Positions 51,450 to 64,000 of a stretch of 64,000 nucleotides of DNA are shown in pieces. Within the stretch, counting starts at the first letter, position 1. Each line of letters opens with the position of its first letter. Under the pieces are notes generated by a model. That model searched no databases, was not told the origin of the DNA, and was given only the letters and a program-made list of their open reading frames with translations. A program made the position numbers and the translations under genes. The stretch covers positions 34,038,001 through 34,102,000 of the forward strand of contig OZ287759.1 of assembly GCA_965649765.1 (NCBI GenBank). Direction: 5' to 3'. Source of the stretch: Bispira polyomma. Lineage: Eukaryota.

Positions 51450-53795
51450 AAAACAAATAGCAAAAATTCATAGACAAGATTCTAGTCATGCTACCAAGGT
51501 AACTGTAAATGATTATAAGAGATATTGTACTGGTACAGTTGTAAAAATTGTCAATGTCAAATACTTGTGTAGCGACAACTGAAGGGCTGACTGGGCCAGA
51601 TTTAAGAATAAGTCATATGCTCAAGTAGTAAAACAAAACAATGGTAGCTTAAATAGAAACAGATGTCTGGAAAGGATTTCAAATTCAGATCTAAGAAATC
51701 CCCCAAAATGTCGCTCAAATGTAAATAAAAATGTGTTGATCAATGTTTAAAAAAATAATGTAAACAGTTGGAGGAATTCAAATGTGATGGTGAAAGTAAC
51801 AGAATCGCACGGACTGAAGCCTGGGGCAAAACACCCTACAGTCCATCTTGTGAACAATAGTCCTATTGACACCTCTTATTCAAAAGAGAGGGGTGCCGAT
51901 AAGGTAATGTCATGCCAAAGTCGGGGTCATGTAGTGTCAAACAATGTTGGCATAACATATAAGAATAGGTTCACACCTGCAAACAGTTACTGAAAATGAC
52001 ACAAATGCAATTGACATACCCCATTCTGCTGATAATGTTCCTAATAATCAGTTAGGGGACAAATACAAACTTCAGCTACAAGTTAAGAGGAAACATGGAG
52101 AAGTGGTTGCTAAAGCGGAAGGCAATCCAGTGTTTGAAAAGTAGAACATTCAAAGAAAGAGAAATTTGGCTTCATTCCACTAGGCGATTTAAAACTACTA
52201 GAATTAGTAAAGCCCCAGCCACACTTAGATGACCCTCTAGAAATGCATAAATTAGTCAAAAAAGGTAAAGCTCCTAACTTCCTAGGTACTCAAATACCAG
52301 TAGTGTCTCAGCTTAATGTGGACGAATGGCAAAAGCTCTTAGTCAACTATTCGGACACCCAATTGATTCACTTGATAAAATTTGGTTTTCCGTCAGAATT
52401 TAATAGAACTTCTCCCCTAGAAATTAAAGGGGAAAATCATAGATCAGCTGCCCAATTTACAGAAGAAGTACAAGCATATCTCAAAGAAGAGAAAGATTTT
52501 GGTGCAATCATTGGTCCATTCAAAGAACCCCCATTATCCAAATTGCATGTGCCACCGTTTTAGACGCGCCCCAAACTGGATGCTAAACATAGGGGGGTTA
52601 TTATCGACCTAAGCTGTCCACAAGGGTGGGTGGTTAACTTAGCTATAGAAAGAGACCACTATCTTGAAATCCCTTTTATACTAACACTCCCCACTGTAGA
52701 TGATATCACTCGAAATGTAGTAAAATTGGGAAAGGGGGCTTTTCTATATGAACTACACTTCAGTGGTGCTTTTAGGCATGTGAAAATTGATCTAGCCGAT
52801 TATGATCTCCTTGGACTAAAACTCAATGACTACTGTATTAACACGTGTCTACTGCTGTTTGGCTATTGCCATAGCAGCATGATTTTTCAAAGATTAAGTG
52901 ACACAATTAGATTCATCATGACGTCACAGAGTCATGTCGTCATAAATTACACGATGACGTAATCGGGTATGGTCTTTCCTCAACAATCTCGCACTCAAGT
53001 TAGGATTTACAATCAGTGAGAAAAAACTGGTAGCTCCTAGTACCAAGGTAGTGTGTCTAGGCGTTTTAGTCAATACTGAAAACTACACAGTCTCTATTCT
53101 GGATAATAAATTGGAAGAAATGAAACAAATATGTCAGACTTGGATACACAAGCAAAACTGTACTAAAAGACAGCTACAGTCATTACTCAGGTCACTTCTG
53201 TATATCTCTCACTGTGACAAGCTTACTTAAACAGAATGTTAGATACCCTGAGAGGTACTCAAAATACTCATGAAATCAAACTGGGTAGAGATTTTCCCAA
53301 GATTTGAATTGGTGCAATATCTTATTGACAACCTGGCATGGCCTTTTTTGACCACAAACCAGTTACAGAGCAAGTACATTTTGATGCATGTTTGCAAGGT
53401 CTGGGAGCTCTTGGTTACAAAATTTATACCATTGTACATCTGGAAATGGTCAACATTTAAGTCTCCATTAGGCTCTGGAAAAACCAATGGACTTAAAAAT
53501 TAGTAAAAAATTACTAATACACTGCGACAACCAAGCTGTAGTTTCTATTCTAACCTCAGGTAAAAATTATGATCTCACCCTGGCAGCTATGACCAGAAAT
53601 ATCTTTATGGAAGCTGCAAAAGCAGATATTAAATTAAGAACAATACACATTCTGGACAAAAGAAACAAAATAGCTGACTTACTTTCCAGGTAGGCCATTA
53701 CTACCAACAGAGATAGAAAATTAAATGAGTTAATACAGGACCCCATTTGGCTACAAGTTTCTGATGAATTGTTAGAAGTAGATTGGTCTATATAG
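51450..53795 (+). pseudogene. Element D RT/RNase H (heavily disrupted)
   Basis: IKFGFP, ENHRSA, LTLPTVDDIT, AFRHVKID, HCDNQAVV, NKIADLLSR. Confidence 0.88.
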
Positions 53796-54291
53796 TTCTT
53801 TCACAATTTCAGCTTCCGCGACCTGGGTCTCGAAACTAGCAGACAGAGCAGTCACTCGGGCACACCAGGCATTTTGGTCTTTTACACAAAAGGCCTACAC
53901 ATCCATGTTTAGAGTATTTTAGGCTTACTCCTGTTTTGCCAATATTTCAGTATCTAATGTCACACCTACAGTCATCTTGGCCTTCCTGGAGGTCATAACA
54001 CATCACATACCTCAGTGGCAAATTATCTTTTAGCAATAAAAGCTGAGATGTCATTGTATGGCCTGCAAGTAACTGCTATTGCGGATCAAAGAATCAGATA
54101 CTTTCAGAAAGTCCTCATTCTAGACGAGCCCTTCAGAGCCAAACTTACTGGTATTATTGACATTGAAAGATTGAAAGACATAGCCCTAGTCTGTGATTCT
54201 GGTGGGCTGACGCCTATGCGACAGCCCCCCTCAGTTCTGGTGGCTGGTCACTACGGGGGCCAACTAGGCCACCAGGGGTCACGGGGGCAAG

Positions 54292-54330
54292 TATAAAAGG
54301 GTTTGCCGCCAATAGACGCCGTCATTATTT
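54292..54330 (+). promoter_or_regulatory. Putative TATA box and initiator of element E
   Basis: TATAAAAGGG at 54292 with TCATT about 30 nt downstream. Element B has an analogous TATAAG...GCCATTTT on the minus strand near 36570-36597. Confidence 0.5.
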
Positions 54331-57300
54331 TAAGAGCATTTGATAGATAAACAGTGTTTTACAACTGGGGCTTCTACTACCCCTAATATTACTTTTAAAC
54401 CTCGTTTTATATCTATGTAAATATGCCTAACAAGGAATATCCTTGTAGTGTGTGCTATGGCCGAACATCCGCTTGGCAAAAAGTGTAAATATAACTTGCT
54501 GGACAGCGTCTTCGAGGAGGTACCTGCCATCGGTTCTGCTACTCCAGAGGTTTTTGATTCTGTTTCTGGGTTTCTGGACAGACGGGTACAGGCTACTGAA
54601 GCGGCGCAGTGTACACCCAGCGCCAGTAAGGCATGTAGCACTTCTTCTAAATGAACCTCTAGTGTAGTTAATGCTAGTGAATCAGTAGTTGAGGCCGTTG
54701 TGCCATCTCTAGGGTATTTACGTTCAAATGCAGGGTTACAAAACCAGGTCGATGAGCGTCTGTTGCAATTGCAGCACTTAAATGATTTAACGGGAGATAA
54801 AGTCAAATCCCAAAGGGGTGGTACTGAGCCCCCCGTAAAAAGAAATGTGGATTGGCCACAGAATATTGTCTTATTCGGTGTTAAAAAGGTCAGACCCATT
54901 TTTGATGACCTCTCGTTGGTTCAATTCGTTTCTGGCTTTATTAGGTGTACCCAAGAACAAAAGTTACCTAATGTCCGAGAGGCCATGTTAGAATATCTTG
55001 CCAACTTAATGGACGACACCCATGATTTTTCATGCGACGACGCCAAAGCCTCTCATGCTATTCCGTTAACCAATATGGAAATGGACCGTTTTAACTGGAC
55101 AGATGTTGACAAGGTCGACCGGATAAGGCGTGCTGACGCACAACGTCATGTTACTCCGGCATCGAGTGGGTCTGGCCCTTCTAAAAACAATAGTAATGGT
55201 AAAACCAAAGCACAAAGAAAAACTTCAGGTGTAAATTGTCGTTTCTTCTAAGAAAGAACATGTAAATTTAAGGCTGGCCATCGAACTTCCGGGCAGTGGT
55301 TCAAACACAGCTGTGAGAGTTGTGATGGTGCTCACCAGACCAAGCTATGTCCCAAAAAAGTGATTTAAAAAAAACTGAGGGGCCACTGCGACAGTGCAGT
55401 GGCTGACAAAAAACCTGTAAATAAAATATATTCTGGAGTTGTATATAATTTCTACATTTCTGATTTTAAACTGTTTAACTATGTACATTTTAATTCTCGT
55501 GTGTGGAAAGCAAAGTGTCCCAAGATCTTATCGGGACGTGTTAAAACAGGGCACAGGTGGTGCCGTTGGAAATTCTGGCAAAAAAAGTTGGGCAAAATTG
55601 GGGAAATACTCGAAATCAGGGCCCAGCCTGCCACAGTCCCGAGGCAAAGGTGGTAAACATGTTGTTAACGAGTCATTGTTCCCCACAAAACGTGTGGGCA
55701 CAAACAAAGTTACACCTCTTGTCAACAAGCCATTGTTTCGGTCGAATGCAACTGTTAAAAACCATGTTCAAGACAATTCAGTGAATGTGCCAAACCATAA
55801 CCGTGTTTTCCCTGTCAAACCAATTAAGTTGAGCAGTGGCGGGTGTAACAATGGACAGGGTGTCTCCCCTATTGTTCAACCAATTAAGACGGGCAGTGTT
55901 AAACATAACAATGAACCTGGTGGTTTTAGGTTGGCCCTTCACAACAGGTTTGCTTGATTGGGCAATCAGTGTGCAGAAACAATTAAGGAGGGTGACACTA
56001 CACTCAACAGAAGGAGTCAATACTGTGACACGACTTTACCACAAAATAAACAACCGACTTCCAAATTATCACAATGTGATGACAAATATGCTTTGGACCT
56101 CTTCAGGGGACCTGACAAAAGACAGCGTTTAAATGAGGCTAAGGACTGTGTGACATATAAGTTGTGGGACGTTCAAAATAGTGGCAAGTATGGGTTTATT
56201 CCAATCAGCAACTGGGGTGACACTGTAATTGACTACTCAAGTGACAACTTATCAATGGACGTTTTTACACAGGCATCTTAGGTCGGATGGACGGCCCAAC
56301 TAAAGGGGCCTACAAGTACCTGTCAATACACAACTCAATACCCAAGTGTGGCCCAAGTATCTGAAGAATTATTGGGATTGGGAACTCCCCTTATTGATAA
56401 AATTCGGGTTTCCCTTAGATTGTGATGGTGAACATGAATTTAAGATTGAGATTAATAACCGCTCTTCTGCCAACCAATATCCCGACCACGTGACTCACTA
56501 CTCGGAGGAAGAATGTTCATTGGGTGCTATGTATGGGCCGTTTACAGTTCCCCCCATTGAGAACATTCACACTTTCCCATTCATGACTCGGGACAAATCA
56601 AGCTTGACTAACCGACGAGTCATTATAGATTTAAGTTGGCCCAAGGGCCATTCCGTTAACGCAGCAGTGTCTTCCAAACCATACTTGGATAAGGAATTCA
56701 TACTTACATACCCCTCTATTGACGCTATCACCAGCCAAGTTATGGCCATGGGTAGGGGTTCCTTGATATTTAAAGCTGACATAAGTCGCGCCTTCCGGCA
56801 CGTGACCATTGATCCAAAAGACATAAATCTGCTAGGTCTGTACTGGAATGGCTACTGCATTGACGGTTCATTACCCTTCGGTTATCAGTACGGTTTGGTT
56901 ATTTTTCAGAGAATTTCAGACGGAATAAGGCACATAATGGAGGGTGAAGGTCACCAGATTACAAACTATATCGGCGATCTCCTATGTTACTCTATTCCCT
57001 CTAAAATAAATAAAACCTATAATAGACTTCAGGCCCTCCCAGCAGAGCTAGGTTCGACCCTCAGCCAGAAAAAAGCTGGTTCCTCCGGCAACTCGGGTAA
57101 CATGCCTCGGCATTGTCATAGACAATTTCCATACCAGAAGAAAAGCTAGCCAGCATTCAGACGATGAGTAACAAATGAACCAATAAGAAATCTTGTACCA
57201 AACGGGAACTCCAATGTTTATTGGTTTCTTTGTTGTATGTTTCTAAATACGTGAAATACTCAAGGTTCTTTTTGAACAGAATGTTGTACCTTCTGAGAAG

Positions 57301-57894
57301 CAATCATAAAAGTAAAACTATGAAAATGACCCCTGAGTTCCAAAAAGATCTCAATTGGTTCACCATTTTCCTTCACAAATATAACAGGGTTATTTTTTCC
57401 ATCATGCCCCTGCTGCTGCTATGATTGAGGCATGGGGGAATCTATGGGAAACAAGTTTATTTCCTCCCCATCCCTGCTTCCATGCAACAACAAAACATTG
57501 CCTCCTTAAAAATGCTAAACATTCATGTTGCCTTGAAACTGTGCGAAAGACACTGGCAAGGACAAAAAATACTAATAAAATGCGACAACCAGGCCATTGT
57601 AAGTGTCCATACTCATGGTAGAACTCGGGACAGTGAATTAGCCTTGTACTCCCGAAATATATTCATGCTGGCTAGCCAGTTTGACGTGGAGTTAAAAGTG
57701 ATACACATTTTAGGACATGACAACACAACTGCTGACCACCTGTCTCGTTGCACAAATTCGACAAAAGATAATGTTCTCTTGTAGGAGCTGGCTGGCACTG
57801 TCAAATGGTATACAGTGACTGAAGACCACTTGTTGCTTAATAACTATATATAATGTATTACTATGTCTTCTTCTGGCAGTATTTTGTGTTACAG

Positions 57895-58894
57895 CCAATA
57901 ATCCATTGCAACAGTTGCTAAAAAGAAATGCATCCAAGAAGCTCCACCTGGCCTTTTGCAGATCAACTGACATATCATATACAGCTATGTATAGGGTGTA
58001 CTTGGCTTATGCTACATTCCTGGATCTACCCGTTGATCAGGTGACAATTATTGATGTTCTTGCATTTTTATAATTGTTGCATCATAACGCAGTAAAACCT
58101 GCCCATATGGCAAATTATTTATCTGCCATTAAGGCCAAGTACATTGTCTATAATGTACCTATATGTGCCTTCAGTGACCCTCGTGTGGCCTATTACCAAA
58201 AAGCTGTGCAATTAGCTGCCCCCCCCCCCCCCCCCTTCATGTAAAGCTTAACAAGGTTATAGATATCCCACTGTTGACCAGTATCGTGAGTATTTCACTC
58301 ACTACTTATATGGGCTTAGTATTCAAAGCACTTTACCTTGTCAGCTACTTCTTTCTTAGGCAATCAAATTTAGTACCTCATTCTTGTGCTCAATTTTCCT
58401 CTTTGAAACATTTGGCTAGAGCGGATGCCATGATTCATAAGCATAAAGCTGTCCTCCTTATTAAATGGTCGAAAACAATGCAAAGCAACAACCAGATTAA
58501 GTTGATCACAATCCCACACTTGTTGGGTTCCCCTCTTTGCCCAGTAAGGTTCCTGAAGTGCATTTTTGCTATTACACCTTCTGAACCTAATAGCCCTCTG
58601 TTTCAGTTTAAAGACAATGTAAAGTGGGTACCTCTTACTGACACTCGAGTCCATCGGCATTTTAAAAATGTACTTGCCAGGTTACAATTACAAGACTCTG
58701 GTCTTACCATGCACGCTTTCCAACGTTCAGGTGCAACTTTTGCTTTTAACCATAACGTTAGCATTCAAAACATTTAAAATCATGGCACCTGGACGTCGGA
58801 CTGCGTGTGGCGGTATGTCACCAACTCGGTGGATGCTGGTGATCAGGTAGCTGATACATTCAGGCAACATCTCTCTGCTACTTCCCCTTCCTGA
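57895..58894 (+). pseudogene. Element E tyrosine recombinase (disrupted)
   Basis: FLRQSNLVP, IKWSKT, LCPV, MHAFQRSGA, HGTWTSDCVWRY. Confidence 0.9.
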
Positions 58895-59770
58895 ACTCCT
58901 ACTTGCTGGGTTTGGGTGTTTGTCAACCATAGTTTATATCAAATTTAAATCATTAAGTAATATCGTTGATTCAGTGTACTGAGATGCTAATAATGTACAG
59001 TGTTACCTGCACATTCCAACTAGCTCTTTAAATTAGTATTATTTGCATGTTACAACAATTACTTTAACTGATCTTGTTAACTTTCTATTAACTTAAAATA
59101 GTTAACTTTGCAGTAGAGGTCGGTAACAGTATTTAAGTGCAAATTCCAAAGTTTAACTCTCTCAGTTAAAAAAATTAAGGTCACCTTATTCTGGTAATAA
59201 GCCTACGGGCCATGTAAATTAATATAGACAATAAGCGTAAGATGACCTTAACCTTTCTTACAATCATGTCATGTAAAATATTTATTATTATTTAAGTGAC
59301 CTTAAGTCACCAAAATTGATAAGTGATTCAACTTTAGTTAAGGTCACCTTAACTTCTTTGTATTAAAACTTAGTATGACCTTAAGTCACCTTGTATATAG
59401 TAGTTTTAACATTTAGACTAACAATAAAATAAATATTTTAGCGCATTCTGGTGTTATAATTATCTTGCCTTCTTGACCTCTGACCCTGTCTGGCCTGTCA
59501 CCCGGGGAAATGTATGTATATGGGCCAAATTTACAAAGCTGCCTATCTATTGGCTTTCTTCTCATTTTTTGGAATTTCAAACTTAGTCACTCACTCTCAA
59601 AACACCTACTCACCATTGCAGCAACTTGCCATGGCTGACATCATATTCGACCCGCCAGGTGCCTATATTATAATAAAACGGACGAAAACTCTGCAATCTT
59701 GCAATGCTATCAAGGTTATTAAAATACCTGCTTTGCAAAATAAAACTATTTTCCCTGTAGCAGCCCTGAA

Positions 59771-59927
59771 TTTGAATTTGGATATTTAACGTCCACTCTA
59801 GTACCTTTTAGTAGGTTATATTGGGACGGGTAGTTGGAAAGCTGGAGGAAACACTGCATACAGTCGATCAAGGTTCTGCAGAGAAACTAGCGGCCCACAG
59901 TAAGGAACTACCACCTTTCCCACATAC
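59771..59927 (-). mobile_element. 5'-truncated copy of the tRNA-derived SINE inside the element D recombinase
   Basis: Reverse complement of the SINE 3' half. 13-bp TSD TAGCAGCCCTGAA (59758-59770 / 59928-59940). Confidence 0.93.
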
Positions 59928-61429
59928 TAGCAGCCCTGAAAGTGTTTTTGGCAATCACTCCTGGTACCAAAAATTCTCCACTTTTTTAAGTAAAAACTGA
60001 CACTCAGTGGTTGACTTTAAGAGATAGTAAAATTCAGAAAAATCTCAAACATGTCTTAACTAGATTAAATAAAGAAAACTCAAACATTACTTTCCATACC
60101 TTTCGTCGTTCTGTAGCGACTTTAGCTTTTAATCCACATGCCCCTCTCCAGGACATTCAGAGTCAGGGTATCTGGTCTACTGAATGTGCATGGAGCTATT
60201 TTACACGAGACCATTCAGCCTCTGACCAGGTCGCTCTGGCCGTCCAAACTCTGCTCAACCCTACCTCCTAGTTAGGCCTTGGTGGTTATTGTATCTCTTT
60301 CTATCATTTATATCATATAAAGTTTACACATTTTTATTTAGTAAGGCCACCTTATAGTCAAAACTTTGCGTAACCTTAACTATACACATGTAAGGCTTAG
60401 GCCAATTGAAATCTTGTAATTTTGTTAAGGTTACCCTTAATTCTCGTAAATCTGAAGTCTAATTAAACTTAAGTTGTAACCTTAACTAGACACATGTAAG
60501 GCTTAGGCCAATTTAAATATGGTAAATTTGTAGATTAAAATATATAATCCCCAACTGCTAGTTTCAATCAAGGCCAATCTTCAAACTCTAGGTCAGAGCA
60601 CTGTTTTAACAAGTCATCAATAAAAGGACCATACATATCCAAGTCTTTCTTCAAGAAAATACAAAATGAAAAAAATATTTTTCCCCAATCTTTCTGTAGA
60701 TTTTATTAGATGTCATCCAATTATCTTTTAAACATGGAAAGTTTATCAGCCAATAAAAAATACTTGTCTCCACTATTTCTTATGACACGAATATTGTATT
60801 GCCCTTTTTTTCCTTATTTTTCTTGACAAAGCGAAGTAGGGCCATTCATTGTGTTCAATTTACTTTTGTGGGACAATATTTTTTTTTACATAAATAGTAA
60901 AAAAATACATCAAATCTACAGCATCTTATTTTAATGTAAATCATCTTAATAATGTACTAATTTTCATGGACTGAAACTACAGTATTTTAATATTAACTAA
61001 AAATAACTATTTTTTGACTGAAATATTAAACTTGTTTACAATAACCAAGTTAAGGGTGCTATATTTTTTTTAAAAAATGTAAGTAAATTTGCAAAATAAT
61101 GGCAAACTTTTCTTTTGTCAATTCTTATCTAATTTATATTTCACATCCCTGTATGTAATAATGTACACTTAATGTGAATGTTTTTATGTCACCAAAGGAG
61201 ACAGTCTACATAATGATTATTTTAAATGGTAAAAACAGTAAGTAGACCTTTTTCGTTTGACAGTGGGGTTATATTTTTTAGTTCTAATTAAAACTCTTGA
61301 GTGAATGTATATTTGATATCCCTAGCCAAAATAAAAAATTAAATTTTTATTAATGTTATTATCATTAAAAATTAAAGATATATGTCAACGTCAATTTGAG
61401 CTGGGTTTTTACACACTATCTACTTAACG

Positions 61430-61665
61430 NNNNNNNNNNNNNNNNNNNNNNNNNNNNNNNNNNNNNNNNNNNNNNNNNNNNNNNNNNNNNNNNNNNNNNN
61501 NNNNNNNNNNNNNNNNNNNNNNNNNNNNNNNNNNNNNNNNNNNNNNNNNNNNNNNNNNNNNNNNNNNNNNNNNNNNNNNNNNNNNNNNNNNNNNNNNNNN
61601 NNNNNNNNNNNNNNNNNNNNNNNNNNNNNNNNNNNNNNNNNNNNNNNNNNNNNNNNNNNNNNNNN
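61430..61665. other. Assembly gap (236 N)
   Basis: Run of N. Confidence 1.
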
Positions 61666-62249
61666 CAGAAACTAGGTTCCTGATCCTCATTGCACAATGA
61701 GGACTTTGATTTTTGATTTTTAAGAATTTGAGACTTATCGACAGATATTCAATCCTCTGAGAAAGCACAAAATCAAAAATATCTCAAAAATAAATAAATG
61801 CCATAAAGACAACTCATATAAAAATAGATGTATCTAGGCACAAAGTTATTTATTAAAACTATTTCTATTGCTGCCGTGTATGTGCTGTTCGAATCTACTC
61901 TGTTCAGTAGGATTAGATAAATTCCTGATAGGATAAATTCTGTCAACATAAATTGAATTGTACTTATTAAGAAACATGAGTTTAATTTATAAATTTTAAA
62001 TTCTTCAATTATATTTGACAGAATTTCACATTCAGTGGACAGAAATTAGATTTATTATTTCTGTAAACAGACATAAGAATTTATATTTTTGTCATCAGAA
62101 TTTCAATTTCGGACATATTTCAAATTCTGTCATAACATATACGTATATATACATATACTTATATATATATATATGTATACATGTATATGTACAGATACAC
62201 ATGATGATGACAAGGTATTATACAAATGCAGACCAAGGCGACCAAAGCA

Positions 62250-64000
62250 ATCAAATTTGAAAAATTTATTTAATACCATAGTCCACCCTCCCACCAAAAG
62301 GGTCACATGATCACATGATCACTTGTTTACTTTATTATTTTTGTTGTAAAAGAATTACGTGCAGGATCGGCGGGAGGGACCCCAATTATCAAGAAATTGT
62401 AAGTATTTCTAATAAAAATTTAAATTACAAATAAAATTTTTCAAATTTTATAGCGAAATACTATTTTTATTTCCTACTGTAGCTGAATCCATCCTAATTG
62501 GATGGAGGGAATTCTTTTACTGAGAACCCGTACCACCTTAACAGCAGTGTGCAAAGTCCATAGACAAACCCATTACACAACTACACCAGCAATCTTAATT
62601 AATAAAGGTTAGAATACCATGCTGAAAATGTATGTACTTGTTATAGCAAATTAAGCAATATAAGGTAAAAACACAATACCTCACAAGATGTGAGGTATGA
62701 AGCTGTTCTGTAAATGTAAAGGTGGAAACTATTCAACCTATCTCCATATGTACAGACTACCCATTGAAGAACTACCTCGACTCTAAAGAAGAGGTGTCAA
62801 CTGCAAATAGAAATAGATAGTCAAATCAAACGACTATGTAGAACTATTGTAGGCTATTCATCCTGTAATAGATGAAAGACTAAATTAAATATTCATACCA
62901 AAGAATACTTTTGTAACCTAATCATAGATGCAAGCATAACAAAATGAGCATTAATGATATAATAATAACGTTACAACTGTGATCATCTCAACGTAGAGGA
63001 GCCGCGGTGGCCTAGTGGTTAGCAAGCATGGCGCTTCATAATCACTGGTCTCTCACCTCTGGGTGGCGTGAGTTCAAATCCCGTCGACGCCTATGTAGGA
63101 AAGGTGGCAATTCCTTACTGTGGGCCGCTGGTTTCAGTGCAGAATCTTGACCGACTGTATGCAGTGTTTCCTCCAGTGTTTCCAACTACCCATCCCAATA
63201 TAACCTACTAAAAGGTACTAGAGTGGACGTTAAATATCCAAATTCAAAAAAATTTCATCTCAACGTACATGCAAACATAACATATGAGCACACTACTTAT
63301 GTTCACTGCAATCATCTCAAACATAGATGCAAACATATCATGTGAACTTAACAATGAAATACTACAATGTGATGTGCAAACACAATTGGACCCAATTGAA
63401 GCATGTTACTATTATGCCAACTGAAGTCCTTGAGATAAAAGTTGGTGGAAGTATTTGTGGAAAGCATTAGAAAAATCATCCAAGGAAATTCTCCTCTTTA
63501 AAGCCAAGAAGCAGCCATAGATCAAATCGTGAGCTTACACTTGACCAAGTTGGTATGTCTCACTGTCTGACTTTTCATAAGCCAATAAGACAGTTCGTTT
63601 CAGCCAAGAGGAAATCGTGATTTTAGAAAACCTTTGTTATGACCTTGCTTAATAGCCACCAACAAGAGTTTTGTTCTTTCTTAAGATGCTTGGTTCTATC
63701 TAGGTAGAACTTAAAAGCTCTCACCGGCAAAGTGGGCTATCATCAAGAAGTTATCAAAGCTGGAATGACCAGTTGTTCTATAACATTTGGACAATCAAAC
63801 GCTAATTAGTTGTTTGGTAAAAAGCTGGTGATGGTAAAAAAGTAACTTCAGACCAAAATTCTCCTTATAACTTAAGAAATTATGGGTCCAAGAATGAAAC
63901 TAACTTGTTCTTTTTCCTTTCTCTGTTCACAGCATTGTAAAAAAATGGACCACCTTGACTCATAGATCTTTTTTAGAGGAAAGTCAGTGAGATCTGTTAA
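62250..64000 (-). mobile_element. 3' part of a decayed DIRS1-type YR retrotransposon running off the window
   Basis: Minus-strand 63361-64000 reads QLVIPAL, PVRAFKFYLDRTKHL, SKITISSWLKRTVLLAY, V*AHDL, MAASW, NFYLKD, LGPIVFAHHIV, a DIRS1-style YR C-terminus distinct from A-E. Left boundary approximate. Confidence 0.72.
62996..63254 (+). mobile_element. tRNA-derived SINE, full length
   Basis: A and B boxes. 13-bp TSD TCATCTCAACGTA (62983-62995 / 63255-63267). Confidence 0.93.

Larger units (their letters stand above)
54201..59513 (+). mobile_element. YR retrotransposon E, inserted precisely between two codons of the element D recombinase; no TSD, no visible terminal repeats
   Basis: Empty site TCT|ATG (Ser-Met). 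Starts GGTGGGCTG. ORF1 54423-55367, pol ~55400-57852, YR 57895-58894, AATAAA near 59423. Confidence 0.92.
53813..60271 (+). pseudogene. Element D tyrosine recombinase in three pieces (53813-54200, 59514-59770, 59941-60271)
   Basis: ...IALVCDS|MYMGQIYKAAYLLAFF is collinear with element B ISKVCDSMYMGQVFKGAYLLAFF. FHTFRRS and SQGIWSTECAWSY present. Confidence 0.9.
44540..60640 (+). mobile_element. YR retrotransposon D, interrupted by a LINE (promoter region), by element E and by a SINE (both in YR); 3' end approximate
   Basis: 44540 GGTAAACCCCAC...TCCCGCCAAAA...GAAGAGCAGA mirrors the element B 5' end (GGTAGCCCAC...TCCCGCCAAAA...GAAGGGCAGA). ORF1 50367-51423, pol ~51450-53795, YR in three pieces, AATAAA near 60620. 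Confidence 0.8.

Noticed and set aside
54330-54899. Antisense ORFs overlapping TE coding regions (this and similar)
   Set aside because: Shadow frames of the sense ORFs with no independent motifs.
61396-61768. ORFs spanning the N run
   Set aside because: Artefacts of the assembly gap.

Overview
AT-rich eukaryotic (animal; the repeat content suggests a mollusc or other lophotrochozoan, which is inference only) window made almost entirely of nested transposable elements. I can support no host gene. (1) 1-9373: a decayed Ty3/Gypsy LTR retrotransposon (gag with 3 CCHC knuckles, RT, RNase H, integrase). In the env position it carries an extra ORF: a C2H2-like zinc finger fused to a TatD-family nuclease. 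A related solo LTR with an ATTAT TSD sits in its gag region. (2) Five diverged Ngaro-like tyrosine-recombinase (YR) retrotransposons, A-E (10992-15600 +, 31988-36765 -, 31884-43039 -, 44540-~60640 +, 54201-59513 +), plus a 5' fragment (20546-21090) and a DIRS1-type YR element at the right edge. B is nested in C and E is nested in D. All five have a phase-1 splice acceptor just before the YR frame, and three retain a matching phase-1 donor in mid-ORF1. This predicts a spliced ORF1-YR fusion protein. A, B and E have inferable TSD-less ends but no visible terminal repeats; only C shows split direct repeats. (3) Non-LTR elements: a near full-length RNase H-bearing I-group (Nimb-like) LINE (44711-~50205 -), a decayed APE LINE (9893-18960 -) and L2-like fragments. 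(4) Three copies of a tRNA-derived SINE with TSDs, two PIF/Harbinger-like MITEs and an assembly gap. All calls come from reading motifs by eye; no database search was run.
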